Assembly: GCA_003567205.1 (NCBI GenBank)
Contig: PXAA01000123.1
Span: 9,242-73,241, forward strand
Direction of reading: 5' to 3'
DNA from: Bacteroidales bacterium
Lineage (GTDB): Bacteria; Bacteroidota; Bacteroidia; Bacteroidales; UBA7960
Length of the DNA: 64,000 bases
Under the pieces are notes generated by a model. The model searched no databases, was not told the origin of the DNA, and saw only the letters and a program-made list of their open reading frames with translations. A program made the translations under genes and the position numbers. Shown in pieces: positions 1 to 10,472 of the stretch. The number at the start of each line of letters is the position of its first letter. Position 1 is the stretch's first letter.

Positions 1-2805
1 CATGATCTCCATGGCCCTGTCCAATACGGCAATGGCTGAATCTGGCTTGTTTTCATCAAGCAGGGCAGCCGCCAGCTGCTGGAAAATATTCCGGAAACTT
101 ACCGTAAGCCGGCGATGGTCTTCATCCAAATATACCGAGGGGTCATTCATATTGCCCCATTGGAATTTATTCATCAGGTTATCATAGAGAATCCGGGTGT
201 TGATCCTGCCTAACTCATTGGGGTCACGTGCCGAGCGGATGGGTACCAGACGATAGGCCATACCTTCGAGCTGGAAATATTCTTCCAGCCCCAGGTAAGA
301 TTCGCTCCCTGTGGTGGTGGCAAAGTAAACCGGCCGGTCCCAGTTGTTTTTTGCCAGAAAATCAAGGGCCATCACATGGTTTTTGTTCAGGCCGCGTCCC
401 GGCATTTCCCATTCAACCGCATCTGCAATAAGATGTGCATCTTCGGGAGCCACTGTCCCGTTTTGAACTACTTTGGCAGAATCGACCGGCAGGCTGAATT
501 TATTGGTGGGAAAATAATCCTCCATTCCGCGATCGGTAGGCAAACGTGTGCCCGATGCATCATTTCCGACAAATTCCATGACACGCCTCAGGTTCTGGTG
601 CCCCTCCAGGCGTGTATAGAAATAAACATAATCCCTGGTACCGTCCCGGTATTGATGTCGTTCAAAGCTGAAAGGCACCGGATCAGCATCGTAGGTGGCA
701 CGTCGCAGCATATTGTTGACATACCAGTCGGTGTTGAGCAGGCTCATGTTCACCACCTTGATGTCTGTACGGATGCCCTCCACTTCCTGGGCGTACCAGA
801 GCGGAAAGGTATCGTTGTCTCCATTGGTGAAAATAATGGCATTTGGCGCACAAGACTCCAGGTAGTTGATGGCCACATCCCTTGCGCCATAGCGCCCGGA
901 ACGGTCATGATCGTTCCAGTTTTCCCTGGCCATGTTTACCGGCACCAGTAACAGGGTGATCGCCGTGGCCAGTATGACGGCCATTTTGCCTCGCCTGCCC
1001 TGAATATGGTCTTTTTTGCCATGCAAGTTCCTGAATAAGGTTTCTATCAGGGCCAGCGTACCCAGGCCCACCCAGATGGAAAATGCATAAAACGACCCGA
1101 TGTATGAATAATCGCGTTCCCTGGGCTGAAAAGGTGTCTGATTGAGATAAACGATGATGGCCAGGCCCGTCATAAAGAACAGCAAACCGACCACCAGGGC
1201 ATCATTGGGCCGCTTTTTCAATTGATATAAAAAGCCCAGAACACCCAGGAGGAAAGGCAGCATATAATAACGGTTATAGCCCGGGTTGGATGTCATGCTT
1301 TCGGGCAGGTCGCGCTGCGGGCCCAAACGCAGTCCATCAATAAAAGGTATACCGGTAATCCAATTCCCTTCCACCAGGCTGCCGTGGCCCTGTATATCGT
1401 TCTGCCTGCCACTGAAATTCCACATCAGGTAACGGACATACATATGTCCCACCTGGTAGGAAAAGAAAAAGCGAAGGTTCTCAATAAAAGTCGGTTTATT
1501 GATGATTTCCGTTGTCCCGTCGTGCCGGGCGATCCTTACAGGCCGCCCCCTCACATTGCCCCAGTCTTCATAACCCCTGGCATGTTGGTCGCGCCAGCTA
1601 TACATCCTGGGAAAAATGGTTGTGAACTGCGGGTCATAAACCGGCTCCAGTCCCTTGCGTGGATTGATGATCTCATAGCGGCCGGTTTCACGGTTCTTGC
1701 CCCAGACGGGGTTCCCGTCTTCCATATCAATGACCGGTGCATTGTAATATGGACCGTGAAGCAGGGGCCATGCACCATATTGGTCCCTGCCCAGGTAAGC
1801 TTTCATGGCCAGGGCATCTTTAGGTGCGTTTTCATTGATGGGCACCTGTGCATTGGACCGGATCACCAGCATAAAAAAGGAGGAATACCCGATCACGATA
1901 AAAGTAAATGCCAGCAAAATAGTATTCCATACGACCTTTTTTCGTTTGTGCGTAACATATAAACCATATGCAATGCCAGCGATCAATACCACAAAGAAAA
2001 CAACAGTTCCGCTGTGAAATGGCAAACCGATGGCATTCACAAAAAAGCGTTCGAACTGCCAGTCAAGATTCAGAATACCCGGAATGAGAACAGACTGGAT
2101 AAAATACAAAAGCGCCACGGACACCAGGCCGGTGGCCAGAATGCCTTTTGTGGTGGGCTGGTATTTCTTGAAGTAATACACAAAAACGATGGCCGGGATG
2201 GCGAGCAAATTGAGCAGGTGTACGCCAATTGACAGGCCAATGATATAAAATATGAGTACCAGCCATTTATGAGAATCCGGCTCATGGGCCCGGGCCTCCC
2301 ACTGGAGTATGGCCCAGAATACGAAGGCCGTGAGGAAAGCTGAAGTAACATATACCTCTGCTTCGACAGCGGTAAACCAGAAAGAATCGCTAAAAGCAAG
2401 GGTGAGGGCTCCCACCATGCCACTGCCGAAAATAGCAAAAGCCTGGGCCCTGGTCATTTCGCTGCCGGCAACAATAAGTTTCCGTGCCAGGATATTGATG
2501 GTCCAGAACAGAAACATCACCGCCAGGCCGCCGGCTACCGCCGACATGGAATTGATCCAGAACGCCACACGGGATACCTCACCGAAAGCAAACAAAGAAA
2601 AGAACCTGGCCAGCATCTGGTAAAGTGGTGCCCCCGGGGGGTGGCCGATTTGAAGTTTATAGGAAACGGCAATCCGTTCGCCGGCATCCCAGAAACTCAC
2701 CGTGGGTTCAATGGTGATCAGGTAGATCAGGGCGGCAAAAACGAAGAGTCCCCAACCGATATAATTGTTGATTTTCCGGTACAGAATGTCATCCATGGCT
2801 TTCAT
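1..2805 (-). CDS. DUF2723-family polytopic membrane protein (GT-C-like glycosyltransferase fold); C-terminus cut by window edge
   Basis: Absent from the ORF track because it has no stop in the window. My reverse translation from the ATG at 2805-2803 reads MKAMDDILYRKINNYIGWGLFVFAALIYLITIEPTVSFWDAGERIAVSYKLQIGHPPGAPLYQML... and stays open for 935 codons to position 1. The N-terminus has many TM segments. The + strand ORFs listed at 2..2871 are antisense artefacts. Confidence 0.7.
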   Translation of the reverse strand, partial: MKAMDDILYRKINNYIGWGLFVFAALIYLITIEPTVSFWDAGERIAVSYKLQIGHPPGAPLYQMLARFFSLFAFGEVSRVAFWINSMSAVAGGLAVMFLFWTINILARKLIVAGSEMTRAQAFAIFGSGMVGALTLAFSDSFWFTAVEAEVYVTSAFLTAFVFWAILQWEARAHEPDSHKWLVLIFYIIGLSIGVHLLNLLAIPAIVFVYYFKKYQPTTKGILATGLVSVALLYFIQSVLIPGILNLDWQFERFFVNAIGLPFHSGTVVFFVVLIAGIAYGLYVTHKRKKVVWNTILLAFTFIVIGYSSFFMLVIRSNAQVPINENAPKDALAMKAYLGRDQYGAWPLLHGPYYNAPVIDMEDGNPVWGKNRETGRYEIINPRKGLEPVYDPQFTTIFPRMYSWRDQHARGYEDWGNVRGRPVRIARHDGTTEIINKPTFIENLRFFFSYQVGHMYVRYLMWNFSGRQNDIQGHGSLVEGNWITGIPFIDGLRLGPQRDLPESMTSNPGYNRYYMLPFLLGVLGFLYQLKKRPNDALVVGLLFFMTGLAIIVYLNQTPFQPRERDYSYIGSFYAFSIWVGLGTLALIETLFRNLHGKKDHIQGRRGKMAVILATAITLLLVPVNMARENWNDHDRSGRYGARDVAINYLESCAPNAIIFTNGDNDTFPLWYAQEVEGIRTDIKVVNMSLLNTDWYVNNMLRRATYDADPVPFSFERHQYRDGTRDYVYFYTRLEGHQNLRRVMEFVGNDASGTRLPTDRGMEDYFPTNKFSLPVDSAKVVQNGTVAPEDAHLIADAVEWEMPGRGLNKNHVMALDFLAKNNWDRPVYFATTTGSESYLGLEEYFQLEGMAYRLVPIRSARDPNELGRINTRILYDNLMNKFQWGNMNDPSVYLDEDHRRLTVSFRNIFQQLAAALLDENKPDSAIAVLDRAMEIM

Positions 2806-2945
2806 GATTTGTTTGGCGCTGAGCCGCCTAAAATGCGTTTTAAAACAACAAGTGGCAGCATGCGAAATTAAGAAAAAAATGCCTTATCCCCGCCCGTTTT
2901 TAACATCTATTGTAATAATGCTCTTGCCGTTCAAATAATTTTTTC

Positions 2946-2953
2946 TAATTTTG
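2946..2953 (+). promoter_or_regulatory. Bacteroidota -7 promoter box TAATTTTG upstream of tRNA-Gln
   Basis: Exact match to the TAnnTTTG consensus, 16 nt before the tRNA 5' end. Confidence 0.45.
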
Positions 2954-2968
2954 CCGACCCAAGCGGAT

Positions 2969-3042
2969 TGACCGATGGTGTAACGGTAGCACTACAGTTT
3001 TTGGAGCTGTCTGTCCAGGTTCGAATCCTGGTCGGTCAACCA
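2969..3042 (+). tRNA. tRNA-Gln (anticodon UUG), CCA encoded
   Basis: Acceptor stem TGACCGA/TCGGTCA, T arm CCAGG-TTCGAAT-CCTGG, and anticodon loop TTTTGGA with TTG at positions 34-36. Discriminator A plus CCA are present. Confidence 0.85.
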
Positions 3043-3053
3043 TAATATAATTC

Positions 3054-3086
3054 AAGCCCCTGTATATAAAAACGTTACAGGGGCTT
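3054..3086. terminator. Perfect 11-bp hairpin (AAGCCCCTGTA / TACAGGGGCTT, 11-nt loop) after tRNA-Gln
   Basis: Inverted repeat read directly from the sequence. It lies between the tRNA and the 3' end of the minus-strand FISUMP gene region. Confidence 0.5.
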
Positions 3087-3119
3087 GTTGATATTGCAAC
3101 AAAAATCCGGACAATTTTG

Positions 3120-3236
3120 TTAAGCCACTAATTTTTGATTTAAATTATTTGTTTCAAAGTCCTTCATAGACTTTTTGATTGTTGTATGTATTCGGTTTTG
3201 GTTATACCATGATTCGATAAATTCAAACACAGATAT
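3120..3236 (-). pseudogene. Approx. 38-codon C-terminal remnant of an IS3-family (rve integrase-type) transposase
   Basis: The minus-strand translation SVFEFIESWYNQNRIHTTIKKSMKDFETNNLNQKLVA* resembles the conserved transposase C-terminus (..yi.wYN..R.HssLgy.sP.eFe). There is no upstream catalytic region, because the upstream part of that ORF overlaps the FISUMP gene out of frame. Confidence 0.35.
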
Positions 3237-3246
3237 GGGGATAAAC

Positions 3247-5124
3247 CTACTCCCCCCTGACACACCGCACACTGTATCCATGCGATTTATGATATTGGTA
3301 GCCGGCAACAAATTCCAGGTAGTTATGGATGCTGCGGCGCCGGGCCATTGTTCCCGATACTTCTGTGGAAGTCCACCAAAAGGCGCCAATGCCAAGGTCG
3401 GTAAAATAACCACCGCTGTGTTTGCGGCCTCCGGGGAACGCAGCAAATCCAAATTCATCGGTTCCATAGAAATAATCGTGGGAATCCCACCGGGGATGTG
3501 TGGTGGTGTTACAGTCGCCACCCAGAGGTGAATGTATCTGGCGACAGGATTTCAGGGTAGCCGCCGCGGTAAATAAAGTGAGTTCCGGATAGCCCCAGGC
3601 CAGGTAGTGGGGAAGTTGTCCCCAGTCGTTGTTGTCGGGCAACCGCCATCCGGGCGGACAGGCCTGCATGGCAGCCGGCCAGTTATACAACACCCCATAA
3701 GCCTCAAAAAACTCCGTGGCCTTTGCTGCATCTACATTTTCGCCAAAATAACCGTACACATAATAGCGGGGCAACACAACCGACTCATCAATGGGCTTAT
3801 GCACCTCCGGAAGATAAGACATGTTTTCTTTCAACCAGCATTGATCACCAATCTGAACGGTATTGTAAGTGGTTCCATCGCGCGGGTCGGTAAAAGTTTC
3901 CATGTCGGGGCACGGGCGGCCGGTATCCCTTTCTGTATGCAATACAAGGGTGTCACCATATGCCGTCCCATGTACATTCCTTGCGTAGGCCCGGACGATG
4001 GCAGGCGACTGGGGCATCAGGCCAAACAATTGACTGAAAAAGGGGCCCGGGCCACCGCCATCCTGTGAATGCAGATCAAACATCAGCAGGGGTATGGTAT
4101 CCTGGTTCCACACAAGGCCCCGGGCAAACACAGGCGCAGTACCTTCATATATTACTTCTCCCCCGCCAAAGGCGATGGAAGCATACACATCAGTAATTTC
4201 GCCTGTTGTCACAATGGGATATAAATAGTGAATCTGTGCGTTTAATTGCTGATCCGAGTCAGATATATATATATCCTTATTCTGGTTTTGGTAATCAGAA
4301 GCTTTAAACCGGATGGTCATATTGCCCCTGGGGACAGCGCCAAGTTCATATTGGCCATCCGGGCTGGTGCTTGTCTTTAATTTACTTTCCGTACCGTCAG
4401 GGTTCATCAATAAAACGGTGGCATTTCCCGCAGGCTCCCCGGAGGGGACAGATTCCACATACCCGTAAACCTTATGCGTGTATTGATTAGAGCTCATATC
4501 CACATTGTATTCATTGATCCCGTATTGAATAAAGATATTTGACAGAAAAGTGAGGTAGCCCTCCTTGGTGGCCCGTATCGCCCTTACACCAGTGTGAATA
4601 TCCTCAAAAATGTAATAACCATCGCTGCCGGTAACCGTAGACTTGTCACCGATCTCTATTTTCACGCCTTCGATGGGGATTTTCGTCTTGGCATAATAGG
4701 CAAAGCCTTCAACCCTGACTGTTTCCGGGTGTAAAAGCGTGGTAAAAGACATTTTCTCCCCATAGGCAGTACCTGCAATGTTGGTACCATATGCCCTGTA
4801 GTAATACTTTGTTTCCGGATCCAGGTTTGTAATATAGCTGGCAAAGACCCCTGCCCCTTCTCCCTCCTGGGTCATCCCGGTGTGCTGATCAAGTGTGGGG
4901 TTTGTATCTGTGGCCCATACCACCCCCCTTTGGGTGACCTTGCTCCCGCCATCGAAAACGACATTGCCCCCGCTTTTTGCACCATCATGACCAATTTCGC
5001 TTACTTCAATAGTCTCCATATTTGGCAATTTGGCTTCCTCATTATCCTTTTCGCAAGCCCAAAAAAGCAGTAAAAAGACACAAAATGTGGTCATTAAAGC
5101 AAAAAAAGGGTAAAACCTGATCAT
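3247..5124 (-). CDS. Secreted lipoprotein with two Bacteroidota beta-sandwich repeats, carboxypeptidase-regulatory-like domains and a C-terminal FISUMP (Fibrobacter succinogenes major paralogous, TIGR02145-like) domain
   Basis: The C-terminal motifs are CWLKENMSYLP, YGVLYNW, CPPGWRLPDNNDW, FWWTSTE and GYSVRCVRGE. The lipoprotein signal is MIRFYPFFALMTTFCVFLLLFWAC. I place the start at the internal ATG (5124) rather than 5169. Confidence 0.7.
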   Translation of the reverse strand: MIRFYPFFALMTTFCVFLLLFWACEKDNEEAKLPNMETIEVSEIGHDGAKSGGNVVFDGGSKVTQRGVVWATDTNPTLDQHTGMTQEGEGAGVFASYITNLDPETKYYYRAYGTNIAGTAYGEKMSFTTLLHPETVRVEGFAYYAKTKIPIEGVKIEIGDKSTVTGSDGYYIFEDIHTGVRAIRATKEGYLTFLSNIFIQYGINEYNVDMSSNQYTHKVYGYVESVPSGEPAGNATVLLMNPDGTESKLKTSTSPDGQYELGAVPRGNMTIRFKASDYQNQNKDIYISDSDQQLNAQIHYLYPIVTTGEITDVYASIAFGGGEVIYEGTAPVFARGLVWNQDTIPLLMFDLHSQDGGGPGPFFSQLFGLMPQSPAIVRAYARNVHGTAYGDTLVLHTERDTGRPCPDMETFTDPRDGTTYNTVQIGDQCWLKENMSYLPEVHKPIDESVVLPRYYVYGYFGENVDAAKATEFFEAYGVLYNWPAAMQACPPGWRLPDNNDWGQLPHYLAWGYPELTLFTAAATLKSCRQIHSPLGGDCNTTTHPRWDSHDYFYGTDEFGFAAFPGGRKHSGGYFTDLGIGAFWWTSTEVSGTMARRRSIHNYLEFVAGYQYHKSHGYSVRCVRGE

Positions 5125-5362
5125 AATTATCCGATTCAAATAAATAGTAAATAGTAAACAAAAATACATCTAGCATTATTCATGCCAAACATAACAAAAA
5201 ATAATTAGTCAAGAATTTGTAGAATCATGTGTACGATAAAATGTTTTCATTATTGTTCGTTAACGTACAACTTATTTGCGCTAATGGACGTCTGGGACAG
5301 TTGTACAGGCTCCCAGAGGCGATTCCGGAAAAAACAGTACTTTTACTGCACAAAAACAACGG

Positions 5363-8192
5363 ATGCCGTTATTTCCGAATAAATATCAACCCTCTTCTGC
5401 ATATTTTGCGCCTGTTGCTGCCCTGATGATCTTGTTCGCCCTATCCTGTCAGAGCAGCCGCCACCTTGATCCCGGACAAACAAATAAGGGGGTTTCACAC
5501 AACCGGACAATTTTAGATGCAGAACAACCCGTTGCCGTGCCGGCTTACCCCCACCCCATTGAATTTGTCCAGCCCGACAGAAGCACCATCATCATACAAT
5601 TAAAGGGCGATGAAAGGGTTAACTGGGCCGAAACACCCGATGGCTATACCATCCTGGTGACCAGTGAAGGATTTTATGAATACGCCATACATAACGATGC
5701 GGGCGAACTCGTGTTTTCCGGACACAGGGTATCAGACATCGAAGCCAGAAGCGCAGACGAAAAAAGCTTTTTGCAGGACATTCCCAACTCTGATCGCCAT
5801 TCTGATGCAAACACCCGATAAGCCCTTTGTTAAAACACAGGAGGAATTCGATGCATTGTTTAATCAGCTCAATTATGCGGTAGAAGGTGCCAGTGGGAGC
5901 GTAAAAGACTATTACCTGGAAAACTCCTACGGCCAGTTTACCCTTACGACAGATGTGGTGGGGCCCTATACAGCCCAACATAATATGGCACATTGCGGAT
6001 CATCCTGGCAGGGGGCCAGGCAACTGGCAACCGAGGCCGTCCACCTGGCTGATCCGGATGTAGACTATTCAGCGTATGATAATAGCGGCAACGGATGGGT
6101 AGATGGCGTGTACATGATCTTTGCCGGCTATGGCGAAGAAGCAGGAGGCGGGCCAAACACCATTTGGTCGCATGCATGGAGCATTGAACCGGTTCAACTG
6201 GATGGTGTATGGATCAGTCGCTATGCATGCTCTCCGGAGCTGCGTGGCAATTCAAACAGTAACATGACACGCATCGGGGTAATTGGCCATGAGTTTGGTC
6301 ATATCCTTGGCGCACCCGATTATTACGATACCGACGGAGACAATTCGGGAGGGCAATTTACGGGCACCGGCCGGTGGGATATGATGGCCGGGGGGACCTG
6401 GAACAATGGCGGCGCCACACCCGCCCACCATAACCCCTATACGAAAACCTATCTGTACCATTGGGCAAGCCCCACAACACTCAATCAGGACACCACGGTA
6501 ACACTTTTCAAAGCCTTCAATCACAGCGATAGCTTTTACCGCATCAACACCAACACTCCCGGTGAGTATTACCTTTTGGAAAATCGTCATCAGGTAGGCT
6601 TCGATGCCTATATACCCGGCGAAGGCCTGATCATCTACCATGTGCATAAAGAAGTGGCTGCCTCGGGGAATTCCATCAATGTCGGGCACCCCCAAAAAAT
6701 GTACCCGGTTTCTGCCGGGGCCACTACCAATCCTTCGGGCGCTCCCTGGACTTATGGGAACATCAGTTCCGCGGAAACTCCATTTCCGGGCAGCACCAAT
6801 CAAACATCCTTTACCGACAGCACCATACCAAACGCATTATCATGGGCCGGCGAAAACACCAATAAACCACTGACCAATATTACAAGAAATGCCAGCGACA
6901 AGACCGTCACCCTCGATTTTATGGCAAATGTGGGTGTTGTGGCCGACTGGATGCACCTGGATGACGGAAATCAGCATGGCCTGGTTGGCCTGGGAGGTGG
7001 CGGTGTATACCAGATTGCTCAGCGGTTCGAACCTGAAGACATGGTGGCTTACCAGGGATTTCAGGTTAGCAATATCCGGGTTTTTACCGGCAATATGCCC
7101 ACCAGCGCTGCCATCAAAATATGGCAGGGAGAAAGCCAGGAAAGCCTGGTGGAGGTTCTGCATCAATCGTTTACGGCCGCAGAGGAAAGCTGGGTAACGG
7201 TGGCACTGAACGAACCCCTTGAAATCGATCCGGCACTGGAACTATGGTTCGGGGCCGAATATGATGATCCGGGAGCTGGTGTGTTCACTGCTTCGCGTGA
7301 TATTGTCACCGACCACAATGGCAAAGGCAATCTGATCAGAATGGACATCACAGATCATGCCGCATGGGTACCGCTATCTGATTATAATATCGTCGGCGAC
7401 TGGAATATTCAGGCACGGGTGGTCCCATCCGGTCTGAATGTTATTTTTTTCAGTGTAACCGATGGTCAGGGCGGACTGGCAGCCGAACTGAATGGAGCAG
7501 AGATATACTCCGGCGATGGGATACCGGATGAACAAGACCTGTTGTTTACCGCAAGTCCGGATAGTGGTTTTGGGATTAAAGAATGGACGGTGAACGGAGA
7601 GGTAGTCGATGGCCACCAGGCCTCAAACCTGGAGCTGTCCGATATTTCCGGCCATATTTATGTGGAAGTTGCGTTTTATGAAATATTTCACCTTGTTGAC
7701 TTCTATGTGGAAGGCAACAATGGAACGCTGACCGCAAGTGTAGACAACAACGGGATTAACTCTGGTGATGAAATCCAGGCGGGCCGGGATATTTTATTCA
7801 CAGCAAACCCCGATGCCGGTTTTCGTGTCAAAGAGTGGACCCTCAATGGAGCAGTGGTAGACGGTGCGACAGATTTAAACTATGAGATCATTCATATTGA
7901 TAAGGACCTGACCGTTACAGTGGCTTTTGCAGAAGCCGTATCTGCAGAATACCCGGAAACCCCGAAATTATTGGTATATCCCAATCCGGCCCGCAGTTTA
8001 CTGGCCATTGAATCAAACGAAATAATCACCAGGATCCGGCTGATTGACATCAGTGGACAAATATTAAAAGATATTGCCGTTGATGCCGTGCGTGCAGACC
8101 TGAATGTACACAATTTCAATAACGGGGTTTATCTGCTGCAGGTCCGGACCATGGAAGGCGTTTTAAACGAACGGATACAGATTGTAAAATAA
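5363..8192 (+). pseudogene. M6-family (immune inhibitor A-like) zinc metalloprotease with T9SS C-terminal sorting domain; reading frame broken (+1) around 5760-5790
   Basis: ORF 5363..5821 carries the lipoprotein signal (ILFALSC) and the N-terminal domain. ORF 5664..8192, in the +1 frame, carries GSVKDYYLENSYGQ, HEFGHILGAPDYYD and the C-terminal tail PNPARSLLAIES...GVYLLQVRT...IQIVK. Neither ORF alone is a complete protein. Confidence 0.7.
7437..7934 (+). repeat. Tandem duplication of an approx. 82-aa domain inside the M6 protease
   Basis: The two units are LLFTASPDSGFGIKEWTVNGEVVDG... and ILFTANPDAGFRVKEWTLNGAVVDG..., each ending in V(E/T)VAF. They resemble divergent InlB B-repeat-like domains. 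Confidence 0.6.
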
Positions 8193-8225
8193 TCCCAGCG
8201 AGGGTTTATGATTGATAATAATTCG

Positions 8226-8233
8226 TAATTTTG
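8226..8233 (+). promoter_or_regulatory. -7 promoter box TAATTTTG upstream of dcp
   Basis: TAnnTTTG match 47 nt before the ATG. It is followed by a CA-rich leader, ACCCAAACACATAAAAAAAACACACAAACAA. Confidence 0.4.
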
Positions 8234-8279
8234 ACAATGAATCCCTTAACCCAAACACATAAAAAAAACACACAAACAA

Positions 8280-10406
8280 ATGAAAAAGTATTGGTTTTTA
8301 ATGATCCTACCTGCGTTCTTTTTGGCGTCATGTGCGCCGGCTGAGAGGGAAAATCCCTTTTTCAGCGATTATGACACCCCATTTGGCGTTCCACCCTTTG
8401 ATAAGATTGAGAATGCCCATTTTGAACCGGCCATATTGGAAAGCATCCTTCAACAGGAAGCTGAAATACAGGCCATTATTGACAACACGGCTCCTCCCAC
8501 TTTCGAAAACACCATCGAAGCCCTGGAATACTCCGGCGAGATACTGGGCAATGTCCTGCGCGTTTTTTACAACTTTAACTCTTCGCTGACCAGCCCGGAA
8601 ATACAGCAAATCGCCCAGGAGATGTCGCCCAAGTTGTCGAACCACTCCGACAATATCCGCCTGAACCTTGACTTATATGAAAGGGTCAAGGCGGTTTACG
8701 AACAAAAGGATGACCTGGGCCTGAATGAAGAACAGATGCGTCTGCTCACAGAAACACACAAAGGCTTTGTACGCAGCGGGGCCGACCTGCCAGCTGACAA
8801 ACAGGAGCGCCTGCGTGAGATAAATTCGGAACTTTCTTCATTAACGCTTCAGTTCGGCCAAAATGTGCTTGGGGAAACCAATGCATTTACCATGGTCGTT
8901 GACAATGAAGAAGACCTGGCAGGTTTGCCTGATTCTGCCATCGAAGGCGCCGCTGAACTGGCCGCTGCCGAAGGCCTGGAAGGCAAGTGGGTATTTACCC
9001 TCCACAACCCCAGTGTGATGCCATTTCTATACAATGCCGACAACCGGGAACTTCGCAAGAAAATGCAACAAGCCCACATCAACCGAGGCAACAACGACAA
9101 CGAATTCAATAACAGGGAAATCCTTGCCAAAATATCTAACCTGCGCCTTGAAAGGGCCAACATGATGGGGTACAATAATCATGCTGCGTTCAGCCTGGAA
9201 GAAACCATGGCCGGCAATATTGAGACCGTTATGAATTTTGTTGATGAAGTTTGGGACCCCGCTATTGCATTGGCCAAAGAGGAAGCCCGCTTATTGCAGG
9301 ATATGATTGATGCCGACGGGTACGACTTCAGCCTGGAACAATGGGACTGGAGATATTATGCCGAGCGGGTGCGCCGTGAACAGTATGACCTGGATGAGCA
9401 GGAAGTACGCCAGTATTTTGAACTGAACACCGTGCGTGACGGAATCTTTATGATTGTGGACAAGCTCTGGGGCCTGCAGTTTGTTGAACGCCCTGATGTA
9501 CCCAAATACCACAAAGACGTTCAGGTATTCGAGGTGCTTGAAGCCGATGGCTCCCATGTGGGCATCCTTTATATGGACTTCCACCCCAGAGACAGCAAGC
9601 GCGGAGGCGCCTGGATGAGCAGTTACCGCAGCCAGCGGGTCGACCGGGACGGCCGGTTTATCCATCCGGTGATCACCATCGTATGCAACTTCTCACCACC
9701 CACTTCTACCAGGCCTGCATTGCTCACTTACGATGAAATGACCACGTTTTTCCATGAGTTCGGACATGCCCTGCACGGCCTGCTTTCCGACTTACATTAT
9801 CCAAGCCTGGCAGGCACATATGTTGTGAGAGACTTTGTAGAACTGCCTTCACAGATCATGGAAAACTGGGCAAATGAACCCGAAGTGATGAAAACCTTTG
9901 CCCTGCATTACGAAACAGGCGAACCCATGCCTGAATCGCTGATGAACCGTATTGTAGAAAGCGCACATTTCAACCAGGGTTTTGCCACCGTGGAGTTTTT
10001 GATGTCCACCTACCTCGACATGGAATACCACACCATTACGGAACTCTTTGACGAAGGCATCCTGGATGAGGCTTCAAAGATCGTCGAGGAGCAAACCATA
10101 GAAAAATATGGCATGATCCCGGAAATTCATTACCGCTGGGCCAGCACGAATTTTAACCATATATTCTCAGGTGGGTATGCGGCAGGTTATTACAGCTACC
10201 TGTGGTCAGGGCTTCTTGATGCGGATGCCTATGAAGCCTTCCGCGAAACCGGCGATGTATATGATCAGGAAACCGCACGCTCCTTCCGCGAAAATATACT
10301 TGAAAGAGGCAATATTAAAGATGCTATGGAAATGTATGTGGATTTTCGCGGCCGTGAACCGGCTATTGAGCCACTGTTGCGCCAGCGCGGATTGCTGCGT
10401 GATTAA
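8280..10406 (+). CDS. dcp: M3-family peptidyl-dipeptidase Dcp (lipoprotein)
   Basis: Shows the FFHEFGHALHGLL zinc motif, M3 length and overall pattern, and the lipobox FFLASC. Confidence 0.8.
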   Translation: MKKYWFLMILPAFFLASCAPAERENPFFSDYDTPFGVPPFDKIENAHFEPAILESILQQEAEIQAIIDNTAPPTFENTIEALEYSGEILGNVLRVFYNFNSSLTSPEIQQIAQEMSPKLSNHSDNIRLNLDLYERVKAVYEQKDDLGLNEEQMRLLTETHKGFVRSGADLPADKQERLREINSELSSLTLQFGQNVLGETNAFTMVVDNEEDLAGLPDSAIEGAAELAAAEGLEGKWVFTLHNPSVMPFLYNADNRELRKKMQQAHINRGNNDNEFNNREILAKISNLRLERANMMGYNNHAAFSLEETMAGNIETVMNFVDEVWDPAIALAKEEARLLQDMIDADGYDFSLEQWDWRYYAERVRREQYDLDEQEVRQYFELNTVRDGIFMIVDKLWGLQFVERPDVPKYHKDVQVFEVLEADGSHVGILYMDFHPRDSKRGGAWMSSYRSQRVDRDGRFIHPVITIVCNFSPPTSTRPALLTYDEMTTFFHEFGHALHGLLSDLHYPSLAGTYVVRDFVELPSQIMENWANEPEVMKTFALHYETGEPMPESLMNRIVESAHFNQGFATVEFLMSTYLDMEYHTITELFDEGILDEASKIVEEQTIEKYGMIPEIHYRWASTNFNHIFSGGYAAGYYSYLWSGLLDADAYEAFRETGDVYDQETARSFRENILERGNIKDAMEMYVDFRGREPAIEPLLRQRGLLRD

Positions 10407-10437
10407 GAAAAACAGAAACAGAAAAACTCCGTAACAG

Positions 10438-10466
10438 AGGGGTCTGGCGCGTAAAGTCAGACCCCT
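10438..10466. terminator. Bidirectional hairpin terminator between convergent dcp and ribE
   Basis: 9-bp stem AGGGGTCTG / CAGACCCCT with an 11-nt loop, followed by TTGTTGTT. Confidence 0.6.
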
Positions 10467-10472
10467 TTGTTG

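Noticed and set aside
2-2871. A series of + strand ORFs (for example 376..951, 1384..1962, 2309..2623) listed in the ORF track.
   Set aside because: They are antisense to a single uninterrupted 935-codon minus-strand reading frame with clear DUF2723-type membrane protein sequence. Their translations are low-complexity and match no family.
5759-5773. GAAAAAAGCTTTTTG at the M6 protease frame break, considered as a programmed frameshift site (it resembles the dnaX A-AAA-AAG heptamer).
   Set aside because: The required shift is +1, not -1. The A run is only 6 nt, and there is no downstream stem-loop or upstream SD-like stimulator. A mutation or sequencing indel is the simpler explanation, and the observation is retained as a finding on that basis.
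5664-5821. The ATG at 5664 as the true start of the M6 protease.
   Set aside because: The resulting N-terminus (MKDFMNTPYITMRANSCFPD…) has no signal peptide, although the protein carries a T9SS sorting domain. The region also overlaps a better-matching frame that carries the lipoprotein signal.
7437-7934. Two similar approx. 245-bp segments in the M6 protease gene, considered as a DGR template/variable pair or a recombination cassette.
   Set aside because: They are adjacent, in-frame and diverged at all codon positions. No reverse transcriptase is nearby and no adenine-specific mismatch pattern is evident. This is an ordinary tandem domain duplication.
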